A DNA stretch of 64,000 nucleotides from Clostridia bacterium DTU025 (GTDB lineage Bacteria; Bacillota; DTU025). The notes beneath the pieces were generated by a model. It did no database searches. It was not told the DNA's origin and worked only from the letters and a program-made list of their open reading frames with translations. The number at the start of each line of letters is the position of its first letter. The first letter of the stretch is position 1. Location: NCBI GenBank assembly GCA_001513145.1, contig LFSP01000032.1, positions 20,088 to 84,087 of the forward strand. The letters are read 5' to 3'. The position numbers were made by a program, and so were the translations under genes. This document shows, piece after piece, positions 29,276 to 38,006 of the stretch.

Positions 29276-30679
29276 TCACTTTCCAGTAATGGAGCATCCG
29301 TCAAGCAGGATATGGGGAAGCCTGTACGCGCCCAGCACCCACAGCTCGTCCGAAAGCCCCACCACCTGCGTGAGAAGCTCGTAGATGTTGCCGGCTATCA
29401 TCATCTCCTTCACCGGGTACGCCACGACGCCTCCCTCAACGTAATGGCCGCCCTTGACCACGCCGGAGAAGTCGCCGCTGGCAGGATCGACGCCGCCTGA
29501 AAACCTGTTGACGATCAGCCCGCGGTCGCACTGGGCGATGAGCTGCTCCAGGCTGTGCTTCCCTGGAGACAGCACCATGTTAGTGGTGGACACCCCCGGC
29601 AGGCCGGCATCATTCCCAGACGCCCTGCCGTTAGACTCCCTCCCGTCGCGCCGAGCCGTGTAGCAGTTGTAGAGGTAGTCCTGGAGCACCCCGCCGGTCA
29701 CCAGCTCCAGCCGCCTTGCCGGCACACCCTCGCGGTCGAACGCCGTCGACCCCGACGCCTGCGGTATGCCCGGATCGTCCACGACGCTGACCATGGGCGA
29801 CGCCACCTGCTTGCCAAGCATCCCCTTCCACTTGGACCGCCCGGTCTGCACGATCTCGGCGTTGCACGAGTAGGCTATGGGCTCCAGCACCAACTCCAGA
29901 GCGGCGTACGGCGTGAGCAGCACCTTGCCGCGGAAGCTCGGAGCGCTGCGGGCGTCCAGAGCAGCCACGACGCGCCGCGCCAGGTCCCGCCCGACTCCGA
30001 ACGCATCCACCTGGCCCAACGCGCACGACTCCGCTACCCCCAGGTCAAACGACGACACCCTGTCGCCGTCCACTGCGAACGCTATGCCCTGCGTCGAGGC
30101 CACCGTCTTGTGCTGGCTCAGCCTCACCCCGTTGGAGTTGGCCACCGTCTTCTCGCTGACCTCCGCCCTGAACATGGCGGAATCCACCGTCACCCGGCCA
30201 TCGTAGCCCAGCGCCCCCTCAAGGAACGCACCGGCCTGCTTCATCGCCCCGGCAAGGTCCATCCCGGCGATGCCCTCGTCGTACAGGCCTTCAACCGGCT
30301 CTACACCCGCCGCGCCCCTATCCGGCTGCGCCAGGCACCGCGCCGGGTCAGCCGGTGACGCCTCCGCGATGGCCATGGCGGCCGCCAGCGCGGAATCTAT
30401 CGACTCGGCCGTCAACAGGTTCGTCGAAGCGAACCCCTGCTTGAACCCGTCGTCCGATGCCATCAGAACCCTCAACCCGATGCCGCTGTACCTGTCGCCC
30501 TTTGGAACGTGGATGTCGTTCTTCTCCACCATCACCTCCACGCTCCGCGACTCCAAGTAGAAAGCTTCTACCGCCGCCGCGCCGCGCGCCAGGCCACGCT
30601 CTATGGCCAGATCGCACCAGTCGAATCCGCGGGTAACGCTCATGCTCCTTCCTCCTCCGACCTCACTGTTCTCGCTCAT
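29276..30679 (-). CDS. TldE/PmbA-family metallopeptidase subunit (pair 2).
   Basis: TldD/E-family signature without HExxxH. It overlaps the stop of the upstream TldD-like gene. Confidence 0.75.
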   Translation of the reverse strand: MSENSEVGGGRSMSVTRGFDWCDLAIERGLARGAAAVEAFYLESRSVEVMVEKNDIHVPKGDRYSGIGLRVLMASDDGFKQGFASTNLLTAESIDSALAAAMAIAEASPADPARCLAQPDRGAAGVEPVEGLYDEGIAGMDLAGAMKQAGAFLEGALGYDGRVTVDSAMFRAEVSEKTVANSNGVRLSQHKTVASTQGIAFAVDGDRVSSFDLGVAESCALGQVDAFGVGRDLARRVVAALDARSAPSFRGKVLLTPYAALELVLEPIAYSCNAEIVQTGRSKWKGMLGKQVASPMVSVVDDPGIPQASGSTAFDREGVPARRLELVTGGVLQDYLYNCYTARRDGRESNGRASGNDAGLPGVSTTNMVLSPGKHSLEQLIAQCDRGLIVNRFSGGVDPASGDFSGVVKGGHYVEGGVVAYPVKEMMIAGNIYELLTQVVGLSDELWVLGAYRLPHILLDGCSITGK

Positions 30680-32078
30680 CCTGGCGTCCTCCGATGGTCA
30701 CGCGGCAGCGCAGGTAAGGCCCGCCGGCGTCCACCTTGGCCGGCTGCCACTTGCCGCAGTGTCCGGCGCCCATGTCCAGCTTAAAGCCGCTCGAGACCGC
30801 GTCAACGCTGCTCAGCACTTCGAACGCCTGACCCGATATGGTCACGCCCTTCACCGGCTCGCACAGACGCCCGTCTCTTATCCGCCAGGCCTGCCCCACG
30901 CTGAACATGAACTCAGCGTCGGAGTCGGCTTGGCCGCCCTGGCCGAGTCCAGAGAGGAAGAAACCGTCCTCAACCTCGGATATCATGGCTTTGAGGTCAT
31001 CCTTTCCCGGGAGGATGAAGGTGTTGGTCATGCGGATCAGGGGCTCGTCCCGATACGTGAACGCCCTGGCGTTGCCCCTCGGCGCCGCGCCAAGCATGGC
31101 CGCGGACTCCCGGTTGTGCAAGTAGGCACGGAGCACGCCGTTCTCTATCAACACGGTGCGCTCGCCCTGCACGCCCTCGTCGTCCACCAGCACCATTCCA
31201 GCCGCGCCCGGCACGTTCCCGTCGTCCACCATCGTCACCAGCTCCGACGCCACGCGCTGACCGATTTTACCCTTGGCTATCGACCCTGCCAGCACGAAAT
31301 CCGCCTCAACCGTGTGCCCGATGGCCTCATGCGATAGCACCCCCACCAGACCGGGATCCAGTATCACCGTGTACTGCCCGCCCGGCGCGTACCCGGCATC
31401 CAGCTTCTCGATGGCGCCCTGGGCCGCCCTGTCCACCATCTGGTCAAGGTCGCCCTTCTCCATCAGCGCCTGCCATGACCCGGTGACTCCCCACGCCTTG
31501 ACATCCGTCTCCAGCTTGCCATCTCGCCCCGCCGTGGCGAACACGTGGATGCTCTGCTTGCTGTCGACGATGTGCGCCGCAGCGCCGTCGGTGTTCACGA
31601 TGTACTTCTCGTCGTCGTAGTGGGTGTACCTCACCACGGAGCCCACGATCAGCTCTGACCGCGACCGCAGCCGCTCTTCCGCCTCCAGCACGCGGGCTAT
31701 CTTCTCAGCGATGGAAGGCTCCGAACCCCGCTCATAGTAGACAAACTCGCCCTCGCCCATTCTGGCAGGGGCAAGCTTAGCGCGCTCCTTCTTTATCCTA
31801 GCCGCAGCAGCCGCACCATCGATGGCGTCCGCCAGCGCACTGCACAGCCCGCTCTCGGTCACATCGCTGGTGGACACGAACCCCCAGCAGCCGTCGATGA
31901 GGCATCTGACCGCGGCTCCCGCCAGAGTCCTCTGCTCGGCCTTGGCCAGGGTCCCGTTCCTCGCCTCGATGATGGTGGTCACCCTCTTGTGATACCTGAT
32001 CTCAGCGTAGCCATCTACGCCACGCAGCACCGACTTGAAGACCTCTATCATCACATCACTCCCTCTGCGCTCATACAA
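30663..32078 (-). CDS. TldD-family zinc metallopeptidase (pair 2).
   Basis: ...LSHEAIGHTVEAD... HExxxH motif and TldD-like length. Confidence 0.8.
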   Translation of the reverse strand: MYERRGSDVMIEVFKSVLRGVDGYAEIRYHKRVTTIIEARNGTLAKAEQRTLAGAAVRCLIDGCWGFVSTSDVTESGLCSALADAIDGAAAAARIKKERAKLAPARMGEGEFVYYERGSEPSIAEKIARVLEAEERLRSRSELIVGSVVRYTHYDDEKYIVNTDGAAAHIVDSKQSIHVFATAGRDGKLETDVKAWGVTGSWQALMEKGDLDQMVDRAAQGAIEKLDAGYAPGGQYTVILDPGLVGVLSHEAIGHTVEADFVLAGSIAKGKIGQRVASELVTMVDDGNVPGAAGMVLVDDEGVQGERTVLIENGVLRAYLHNRESAAMLGAAPRGNARAFTYRDEPLIRMTNTFILPGKDDLKAMISEVEDGFFLSGLGQGGQADSDAEFMFSVGQAWRIRDGRLCEPVKGVTISGQAFEVLSSVDAVSSGFKLDMGAGHCGKWQPAKVDAGGPYLRCRVTIGGRQDEREQ

Positions 32079-32268
32079 TCACTTACACTATACAAGCAAC
32101 TGTTGCGATGTCCTGCCGCTCTCAGGTCTGAGTTTGCCGAAACTTGGAGACTGCCTCCGGCACACTGCCGCGAGCTGGGCATCTTTCCTGTAGATTCCTG
32201 TAGACTTGTTACCACCACCCGCAGACTACCGGCGATCTCCCCGGAAGCCGCGGTTCGCGCGATCAGAC

Positions 32269-32347
32269 GTGAGCGTCAGAAAGCGGTCGCGGCGACCCAC
32301 CGGCGGGTCGAAGCCCTGCGAAAGCGACCCACCCATGGGTCGGCCCC
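32269..32347 (+). repeat. Intergenic structured repeat, copy A.
   Basis: gtgagcgtcagaaagcggtcgcggcgacccaccggcgggtcgaagccc...gcgacccacccatgggtcggcccc. Aligns with copy B and with the reverse complement of copy C. Confidence 0.7.
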
Positions 32348-32477
32348 AGCAGCAGCGGCGGTGGGAGGCGGCTCTTTCGCGCCGGCTTGACGTTCACGAT
32401 CAAACCTGCAAACTGCCAGCTCTTCATCTGCTGATAAGCAGCTGGCTGAACCTTTGCGCTCTCGAAGCCATCGCATC

Positions 32478-32507
32478 TTGACCCAACTGCCGCGGGCGGG
32501 ATATAAT
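32478..32507 (+). promoter_or_regulatory. Promoter of the imuB operon: TTGACC, 18-nt spacer, TATAAT.
   Basis: Consensus hexamers lie immediately upstream of the LexA box. Confidence 0.55.
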
Positions 32508-32510
32508 TCC

Positions 32511-32534
32511 CTTACCGAACATATGTTCGGTAAG
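32511..32534 (+). promoter_or_regulatory. LexA operator (Gram-positive Cheo/SOS box). A perfect 24-bp palindrome, cttaCCGAACATATGTTCGGtaag.
   Basis: Core CGAACATATGTTCG matches the Cheo-box consensus CGAAC-N4-GTTCG exactly. It lies 4 nt after the -10 hexamer and 30 nt before the imuB start. Confidence 0.85.
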
Positions 32535-32563
32535 GCATGGTGGTCTCGGAGGTGAAGACGCCA

Positions 32564-33766
32564 ATGCGGTACATAGCATATCTGAACCTACCCTACCTGC
32601 AATACTGCTCCAGCGTCAAGCCGGAGCAGCGCGGCCTGCCTTTGGCGGTGCTGGAGAACAACACCGTGGTCAGCATGTCGCCGGAGCTCGCGGCTCTGGG
32701 GGTGGCTCTCCGTGCCTCCCGCAGACAGGTGAAGCACGTCTGCCCCGAAGCCATGTTCGTGCAGCACGACAAGGACGCTTCCCTGCACCTGGCCAAAGGG
32801 GCATGGGACATATGCGCCGACTACACTCCCTTAGTGGAGCCCTCCGAGGTGAACTCCGCCTTCCTCGACATCACCGGATGCGGCGACGCCCGGTCCATAG
32901 TGGCGGAGCTATCCCGAAGGTGCGCCGAAACCCTGGGTTTTACGCCACACATCTGCGTCGCCCCCACCAAACTGGTGGCCAAAGCCGGCGTTCCGCCCAT
33001 AAGCTCCGAGGAGCGCGCTGCCTGGATAAGCCCTGACGAAGTCCTCGACTTTCTGGCACCGCTTCCGGTCCAGGCCCTATGGCCGCTGAGCAAGGCAACG
33101 CTGGAACACCTCTGGCGCCTTGGCGTGAACTCCGTGGCCCAGCTCAGGGCGGTGCCAGTGGAGGAGCTCATCGACCAGCTGGGCGAGGAGGGCCTGCTTG
33201 CACATCGGCTGAGCCTTGGGATCGACCACTCTAGGGTGCAGGCGGCATACCCGGAGCCGTCCGTGAGCTGCTCGTTCCGTTTCGACCAGCCGCTGGATTC
33301 CTGGGACGACATGCTCAAATGCCTGAAAATATGCGCCGCCCAGATCAGTTCCGAGCTTGACCAGGCCCAGGCGTCGACTTCCTCCGTGGAGCTGACAGTG
33401 CAGTCCGCCGGCTACGCCGACCTGGTCAAACGCCGCGCGGCCCTGCGCTCGCCCGCCAGCTCGGCCCAGGCGCTGGAAAGCGCCTTAATCAGGGCGGCCC
33501 GAGCGGCAACCCGGGCCAGCGCAAACGCGCCGGTGATCTCGCTGCACGCGCGCGCGACGAACCTGTCTATGCCAGCCGGCCTGCAGCTACGCATGTTTTG
33601 CCCCGAACTTCAGGGGCTGGCCCCGTCCGACGATGCATGCCACGCCGACGAGCTGGCCAGGGCCATCGAAAGCATCCGCCAGCGTTTCGGCGCCAAGAGC
33701 GTGCTCACCGCCGACGCCATCGTCCGCACCAGGCGCGACAGGATGATCGCCGCGTCTCTGCTGTGA
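32564..33766 (+). CDS. imuB: ImuB-like Y-family DNA polymerase paralog (SOS mutasome subunit).
   Basis: MRYIAYLNLPYL... N-terminus of DinB/ImuB type. GGAGGTG lies 9 nt upstream. It sits directly upstream of dnaE2. The ORF-track start at 32537 lacks an RBS. Confidence 0.75.
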   Translation: MRYIAYLNLPYLQYCSSVKPEQRGLPLAVLENNTVVSMSPELAALGVALRASRRQVKHVCPEAMFVQHDKDASLHLAKGAWDICADYTPLVEPSEVNSAFLDITGCGDARSIVAELSRRCAETLGFTPHICVAPTKLVAKAGVPPISSEERAAWISPDEVLDFLAPLPVQALWPLSKATLEHLWRLGVNSVAQLRAVPVEELIDQLGEEGLLAHRLSLGIDHSRVQAAYPEPSVSCSFRFDQPLDSWDDMLKCLKICAAQISSELDQAQASTSSVELTVQSAGYADLVKRRAALRSPASSAQALESALIRAARAATRASANAPVISLHARATNLSMPAGLQLRMFCPELQGLAPSDDACHADELARAIESIRQRFGAKSVLTADAIVRTRRDRMIAASLL

Positions 33767-33841
33767 GCCGCCTAGCCGCCTGGCCACAAGCTCCTTAACC
33801 TGAAGAACCCGCAAGCGCAAGTCGGAGGTCGAAGGTACATC

Positions 33842-34093
33842 GTGAGCCGAAAGGTGGAACGTCCCATAAGGGTGGAAGAGTCCACACAGGGCCCGCAGGG
33901 CCATCCTGTCAGCTTCTACTGGTCGGGGCGCTGGAACCGCGTCGACGCCGTGATCGACTCCTGGCGCGAATGCGGCGAGTGGTGGGACGGCGCGGAGGAA
34001 CACGATTACTTTCTCGTATCGTCCGGCTCCGGATGCTATGAGCTGAGCCGTACCTGCCATGGCCAGTGGGAGCTTTCAAGGATAATCGACTAG
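33842..34093 (+). CDS. Hypothetical 83-aa protein encoded between imuB and dnaE2.
   Basis: GTG start with GGAGGTCGAAGG upstream. Sequence MSRKVERPIRVEESTQGPQGHPVSFYWSGRWNRVDAVIDSWRECGEWWDGAEEHDYFLVSSGSGCYELSRTCHGQWELSRIID. It fits neatly in the gaps, 75 nt after imuB and 18 nt before dnaE2. Confidence 0.5.
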   Translation: MSRKVERPIRVEESTQGPQGHPVSFYWSGRWNRVDAVIDSWRECGEWWDGAEEHDYFLVSSGSGCYELSRTCHGQWELSRIID

Positions 34094-34111
34094 GAGCTAG
34101 GAGCCATCGCA

Positions 34112-37100
34112 ATGAGTCCAATGAGCCTGCCCGACCTTTTCGGCGGCTTCGTGCACCTGCACGTTCATTCCCAGTATTCGTTCCTCGACGGCGCCAGTCG
34201 CTGTTCCGAGCTGGTAGCCAGGTGCGCCGAGCTGGGCATGGGCGCCATGGCCATAACGGACCACGACAACGTCAGCTGCGCCGTGGAGTTCGCGCGCGCC
34301 GCGGCCGAACACGGCATCAAGCCCATCCAAGGCGTGGAGCTCACCATGGAGGGCGGCGCGCATCTCACGCTCCTTGCGGAGAACCCTGAGGGCTACGCCA
34401 ACATCTGCAACATCCTCACCGATGCGTACATGAACTCGTCTGACCGACGTCGCCCCGAAGCCCGTGTTCATACACTTGAGCGCCACAGCAAGGGCCTGAT
34501 AGCCCTGTCAGGATGCCGCCGCGGCGCCATCCCCGCCGCCATCCTTGCCCGCCAGCACGACCGGGCCATGCAGGCAGCCGAGGCGCTGGTGAAGATCTTC
34601 GGGAAGCGCAACTTCTACATAGAGCTGCAGCACCCCATGACCCCGGGAGCCGCAGCTCTCAACTCCGCCTTGATTCACCTGGCCTCCAGCCTGGGAGTGG
34701 GGGTGGTGGCCACCAACAACGTACACTATACGCACAAGTCCGGATTCGAGCTGCACGACGTGCTCACATGCATCAGAACGCTGACGACCCTCGACGACAT
34801 CCATCCCGAACGGCACATAAACGCGGAGAACTATCTGAAATCCGCAGCCCAGATGCGGGAGCTTTTCGCGCTCGTTCCCGAGGCCGTCGTCAACACCCTG
34901 GCCATCGCCGAACGGTGCAGCCCAGGCCTGAACCTCGGCCGCAAGCTGTTCCCCAAGTACGAGCCGCCCGCAGGCGAATCCCCCGCATCGCTCTTGCGCC
35001 GCCTGACCATGCAGGGCGCCGAGGCCAGGTACGGGCGAATCACCCAGGCCGTGCGCGACAGGCTCGAGCACGAGCTCAACGTCATCATCACTCTGGGCTT
35101 TGAAGGCTACTTCCTTGCAGTTCATGACATAGCGGCATGGGCCCGCGGGCGCGGGATACGATGCGCCGGACGGGGCTCCGCAGCCGACTCGGCGGTGGTG
35201 TACTGCCTGGGCCTCACCAACGTTGACCCGATCGCCCGTGGACTGCTGTTCGAGCGATTTCTGAGCCTGGAGAGGGCTCAGAGGCCCGACATCGACATCG
35301 ACTTCCAGTCCGACCGCCGCGACGAAGTGGCCGATTACGTTTACGAGCGCTACGGCCAGGGCCATGTGGCGTCCGTATGCACCTTCAACACCTTCCTCGC
35401 CCGGTCGGCTGTGCGTGACGTGGGAAAGGCCCTGGGCATCCCCGAGCCCGAGATCGACAGGCTCGCCAAGCGTCTGCCGCACATCCCCGCCGACGGCGTG
35501 CGCGCCGCCTTCTCGCGCTATCCGGAGCTCAGGGATTCAGGCATACAGCCCCATCGTTTCGAACTTCTGCTCGACCTGGTGCACCAGATGGCCGGGCTGC
35601 CACGGCACATCGGCACGCACCTGGGAGGCCTCGTGATATCCGGCGAGCCCCTCACGTGCGTCACCCCGCTTCAGATGTCCGCCAAGGGCGTGCCCATCAC
35701 GCAGTTCGACAAGGACTCCATCGAGGAGCTGGGCCTCATCAAGCTCGACCTGCTGTCGTTGCGCACCCTCTGCGCCGTGGAACGCGCCCAGGAGCTCATA
35801 AAGGCCCCGGAGTTCAGCTACGACCGCATCCCCCACGACGACGCCGCCACCTATTCCATGCTGCAGTCCGGCGAGACCATAGGCGTCTTCCAGCTGGAAA
35901 GCCCCGCCCAGCGGGCCCTGCAGCCGCGGCTCAAGGCGGATTCCTTCGAGGACATCGTGGCCAGCGTGGCGCTGATAAGGCCGGGCCCCATCAAAGGCAA
36001 CATGGTGGAGCCCTTCGTGGCCAGGCGTCGCGGCAAGGAGGAGGTCAGCTACGTCGACCCGCGCCTCGAGCCCATCCTCAAGAAGACCTACGGCGTCGTG
36101 TTATACCAGGAGCAGGTGATCCAGATAGCCACCGCTATCGCTGGATTCAGCCCTGGAGAATCCGACAGGCTCCGCAAGGTGATGACCCACTGCCGCTCAA
36201 TGGTGGAAATGGAGGCCATAGGCCGCGACTTCGTGGCCAAGGCCATGGCAAACGGCACCGACAAGGAGACAGCCGAAACCATATTCTCCTACATCGTGGG
36301 CTACGCGGGCTACGGGTTCTGCGAGGCCCACGCGGCCGCCTTCGCCGACACGGCATACCGCACCGCCTACCTGTGCAGGCATTTCCCGGCGGAGTTCTTC
36401 GCGGCCCTCTTAAGCGCCCAGCCCATGGGCTTCTACCCGCCGCGCACCCTGATCGTGGAGGCGCGCCGACGCGGGGTAAGAGTGCTGCCGCTTGACGTCA
36501 ACGCCAGCAAGCACAGGTATACGGTGGAGAACGGGGCCATAAGGGTTGGACTAATGCAGGTGAAAGGGATATCCGCCTCCGACATACAGAGCATAGAGGA
36601 CGCCCAGGCCAGCGGCCCATTCACCTCAGCCGCCGACTTCGCCGCCCGCACCGATGTGCCCGTGGACGTCTTCGAGAACCTGGCGCTGGCAGGGGCCTTC
36701 GATTCCATCGAGCCCAACCGACGAGCCGTGGTGTGGGCTGTAAGGCGCCTTGCCAGCTCCTCCGCCGCAGCCAGGAAGCTCAGCTCAGAGGCGGAGGCCG
36801 CAGGGCAGATGCGCCTTTCCGGCCTTGAAGACGGTGCCTCCCTCAAGGCCCACGTCGCGGAGGCCTCCAGGAGCATCCGAGACTTCACCCCCATCCAGAG
36901 TTTCGCCGCCGAGACGGAGATCCTGGGATTCTGCGTGCATAAGCACGCCATGGAGTTCTACCGCTCCTCCCTGGCCAGATGGGGGGCGCTCACGGCATCG
37001 GAGATCGCCCAGGCCAAGCCGGGGCAACTGGTGAGGGCGGCCGGCCTCGTCGTGCGCCCGCACCGGCCGCCCACCAAGAGCGGCCGCACCGTGGTCTTCC

Positions 37101-37333
37101 TGTCGCTGGAAGACGAGACCGGCCTCACAGACGTGACGGTGTTCGAAAGCGAGTACCAAAAATACGGCGCCGCCATATTCGGCAGCGCGGCCTTGCTGGT
37201 GGAGGGCACGGTATGCGACAGGGGCGGAGCGGTGTCAATCACGGCAAAGAGGATCCGCCCTTTTCGGGGTCGACGAGGGCACGCGTCTCCTCGCCAACCA
37301 TCGGCCAGTACCGACCGAGAAGCATGTCGGTGA
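34112..37333 (+). CDS. dnaE2: Error-prone DNA polymerase DnaE2 (ImuC).
   Basis: Intact PHP start FVHLHVHSQYSFLDGASRCSELVARCAELGMGAMAITDHDN..., ...DIDIDF..., a C-terminal OB fold, and an operon position behind LexA-box/imuB. Confidence 0.85.
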   Translation: MSPMSLPDLFGGFVHLHVHSQYSFLDGASRCSELVARCAELGMGAMAITDHDNVSCAVEFARAAAEHGIKPIQGVELTMEGGAHLTLLAENPEGYANICNILTDAYMNSSDRRRPEARVHTLERHSKGLIALSGCRRGAIPAAILARQHDRAMQAAEALVKIFGKRNFYIELQHPMTPGAAALNSALIHLASSLGVGVVATNNVHYTHKSGFELHDVLTCIRTLTTLDDIHPERHINAENYLKSAAQMRELFALVPEAVVNTLAIAERCSPGLNLGRKLFPKYEPPAGESPASLLRRLTMQGAEARYGRITQAVRDRLEHELNVIITLGFEGYFLAVHDIAAWARGRGIRCAGRGSAADSAVVYCLGLTNVDPIARGLLFERFLSLERAQRPDIDIDFQSDRRDEVADYVYERYGQGHVASVCTFNTFLARSAVRDVGKALGIPEPEIDRLAKRLPHIPADGVRAAFSRYPELRDSGIQPHRFELLLDLVHQMAGLPRHIGTHLGGLVISGEPLTCVTPLQMSAKGVPITQFDKDSIEELGLIKLDLLSLRTLCAVERAQELIKAPEFSYDRIPHDDAATYSMLQSGETIGVFQLESPAQRALQPRLKADSFEDIVASVALIRPGPIKGNMVEPFVARRRGKEEVSYVDPRLEPILKKTYGVVLYQEQVIQIATAIAGFSPGESDRLRKVMTHCRSMVEMEAIGRDFVAKAMANGTDKETAETIFSYIVGYAGYGFCEAHAAAFADTAYRTAYLCRHFPAEFFAALLSAQPMGFYPPRTLIVEARRRGVRVLPLDVNASKHRYTVENGAIRVGLMQVKGISASDIQSIEDAQASGPFTSAADFAARTDVPVDVFENLALAGAFDSIEPNRRAVVWAVRRLASSSAAARKLSSEAEAAGQMRLSGLEDGASLKAHVAEASRSIRDFTPIQSFAAETEILGFCVHKHAMEFYRSSLARWGALTASEIAQAKPGQLVRAAGLVVRPHRPPTKSGRTVVFLSLEDETGLTDVTVFESEYQKYGAAIFGSAALLVEGTVCDRGGAVSITAKRIRPFRGRRGHASPRQPSASTDREACR

Positions 37334-37904
37334 GGTCTGCGTGGAACCGCTCAAGCTCCGGCGCGGGCACCAACACCCGGATGGTCGCAGTCTCCAAGTA
37401 ATCGACGCCCAGAACAGAGTATCCCCTGGAGGCCAGGTAGCTCTGGACCTTGCCCACCGCCGGGTAGTCCACGACGAAGCTGACCTCGTGCGCAGGCACC
37501 ACCCGGGCGATTCCGGCTGCATGTAGCGCCTCCCTGGCGGCGGCGCCATATGCCCTCACCAGCCCGCCGGCGCCCAGAAGCGTTCCGCCGAAATACCTGG
37601 TCACCACCACGGCGCAGTGCTTTATGCCCTCCTTCAAGATCACCTCAAGCACCGGCCGGCCGGCGGTGCCCGAAGGCTCGCCGTCGTCGCTGGAGCGGAC
37701 GATCTCATCGTTGTCTCCCACCGTGAAGGCGTACACGTTGTGCGTGGCGTCCCAGAACTCCCGTCTGATCTCATCGACGAACTGCTGGGCCTCGGCCTCA
37801 TCCTTCACTGGGCTCGCGGTGGCTATGAATCGGCTGCGCTTCACCACCGTTTCCGTTCTGGCTCTCTGCCGGATGACCAGGTAATCCCGCGCCACTTGCA
37901 CCAT
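37239..37904 (-). CDS. yigZ: YigZ/IMPACT-family protein (UPF0029).
   Basis: ...RSRFIATASPV...HNVYAF..., ...DDGEPSGTAGRPVLEVI..., ...AVVVTRYFGGTLLGAGGLVRAY.... Confidence 0.75.
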   Translation of the reverse strand: MVQVARDYLVIRQRARTETVVKRSRFIATASPVKDEAEAQQFVDEIRREFWDATHNVYAFTVGDNDEIVRSSDDGEPSGTAGRPVLEVILKEGIKHCAVVVTRYFGGTLLGAGGLVRAYGAAAREALHAAGIARVVPAHEVSFVVDYPAVGKVQSYLASRGYSVLGVDYLETATIRVLVPAPELERFHADLTDMLLGRYWPMVGEETRALVDPEKGGSSLP

Positions 37905-38006
37905 CCTCTCGAAACTAAAGGGGAATGCCTTTCGTAAATAGAAGTGGTAAAATCAATGGGCCGCAATCGCTGCGCCCCTACGAACATGAGGAGGCGAGTT
38001 AAGCTC

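Noticed and set aside
33842-34093. The 83-aa ORF between imuB and dnaE2 being a YolD-like (UmuD-analog) protein.
   Set aside because: No resemblance to the YolD motif (IKW...FxLPEH), as far as I recall it. Left as unknown.
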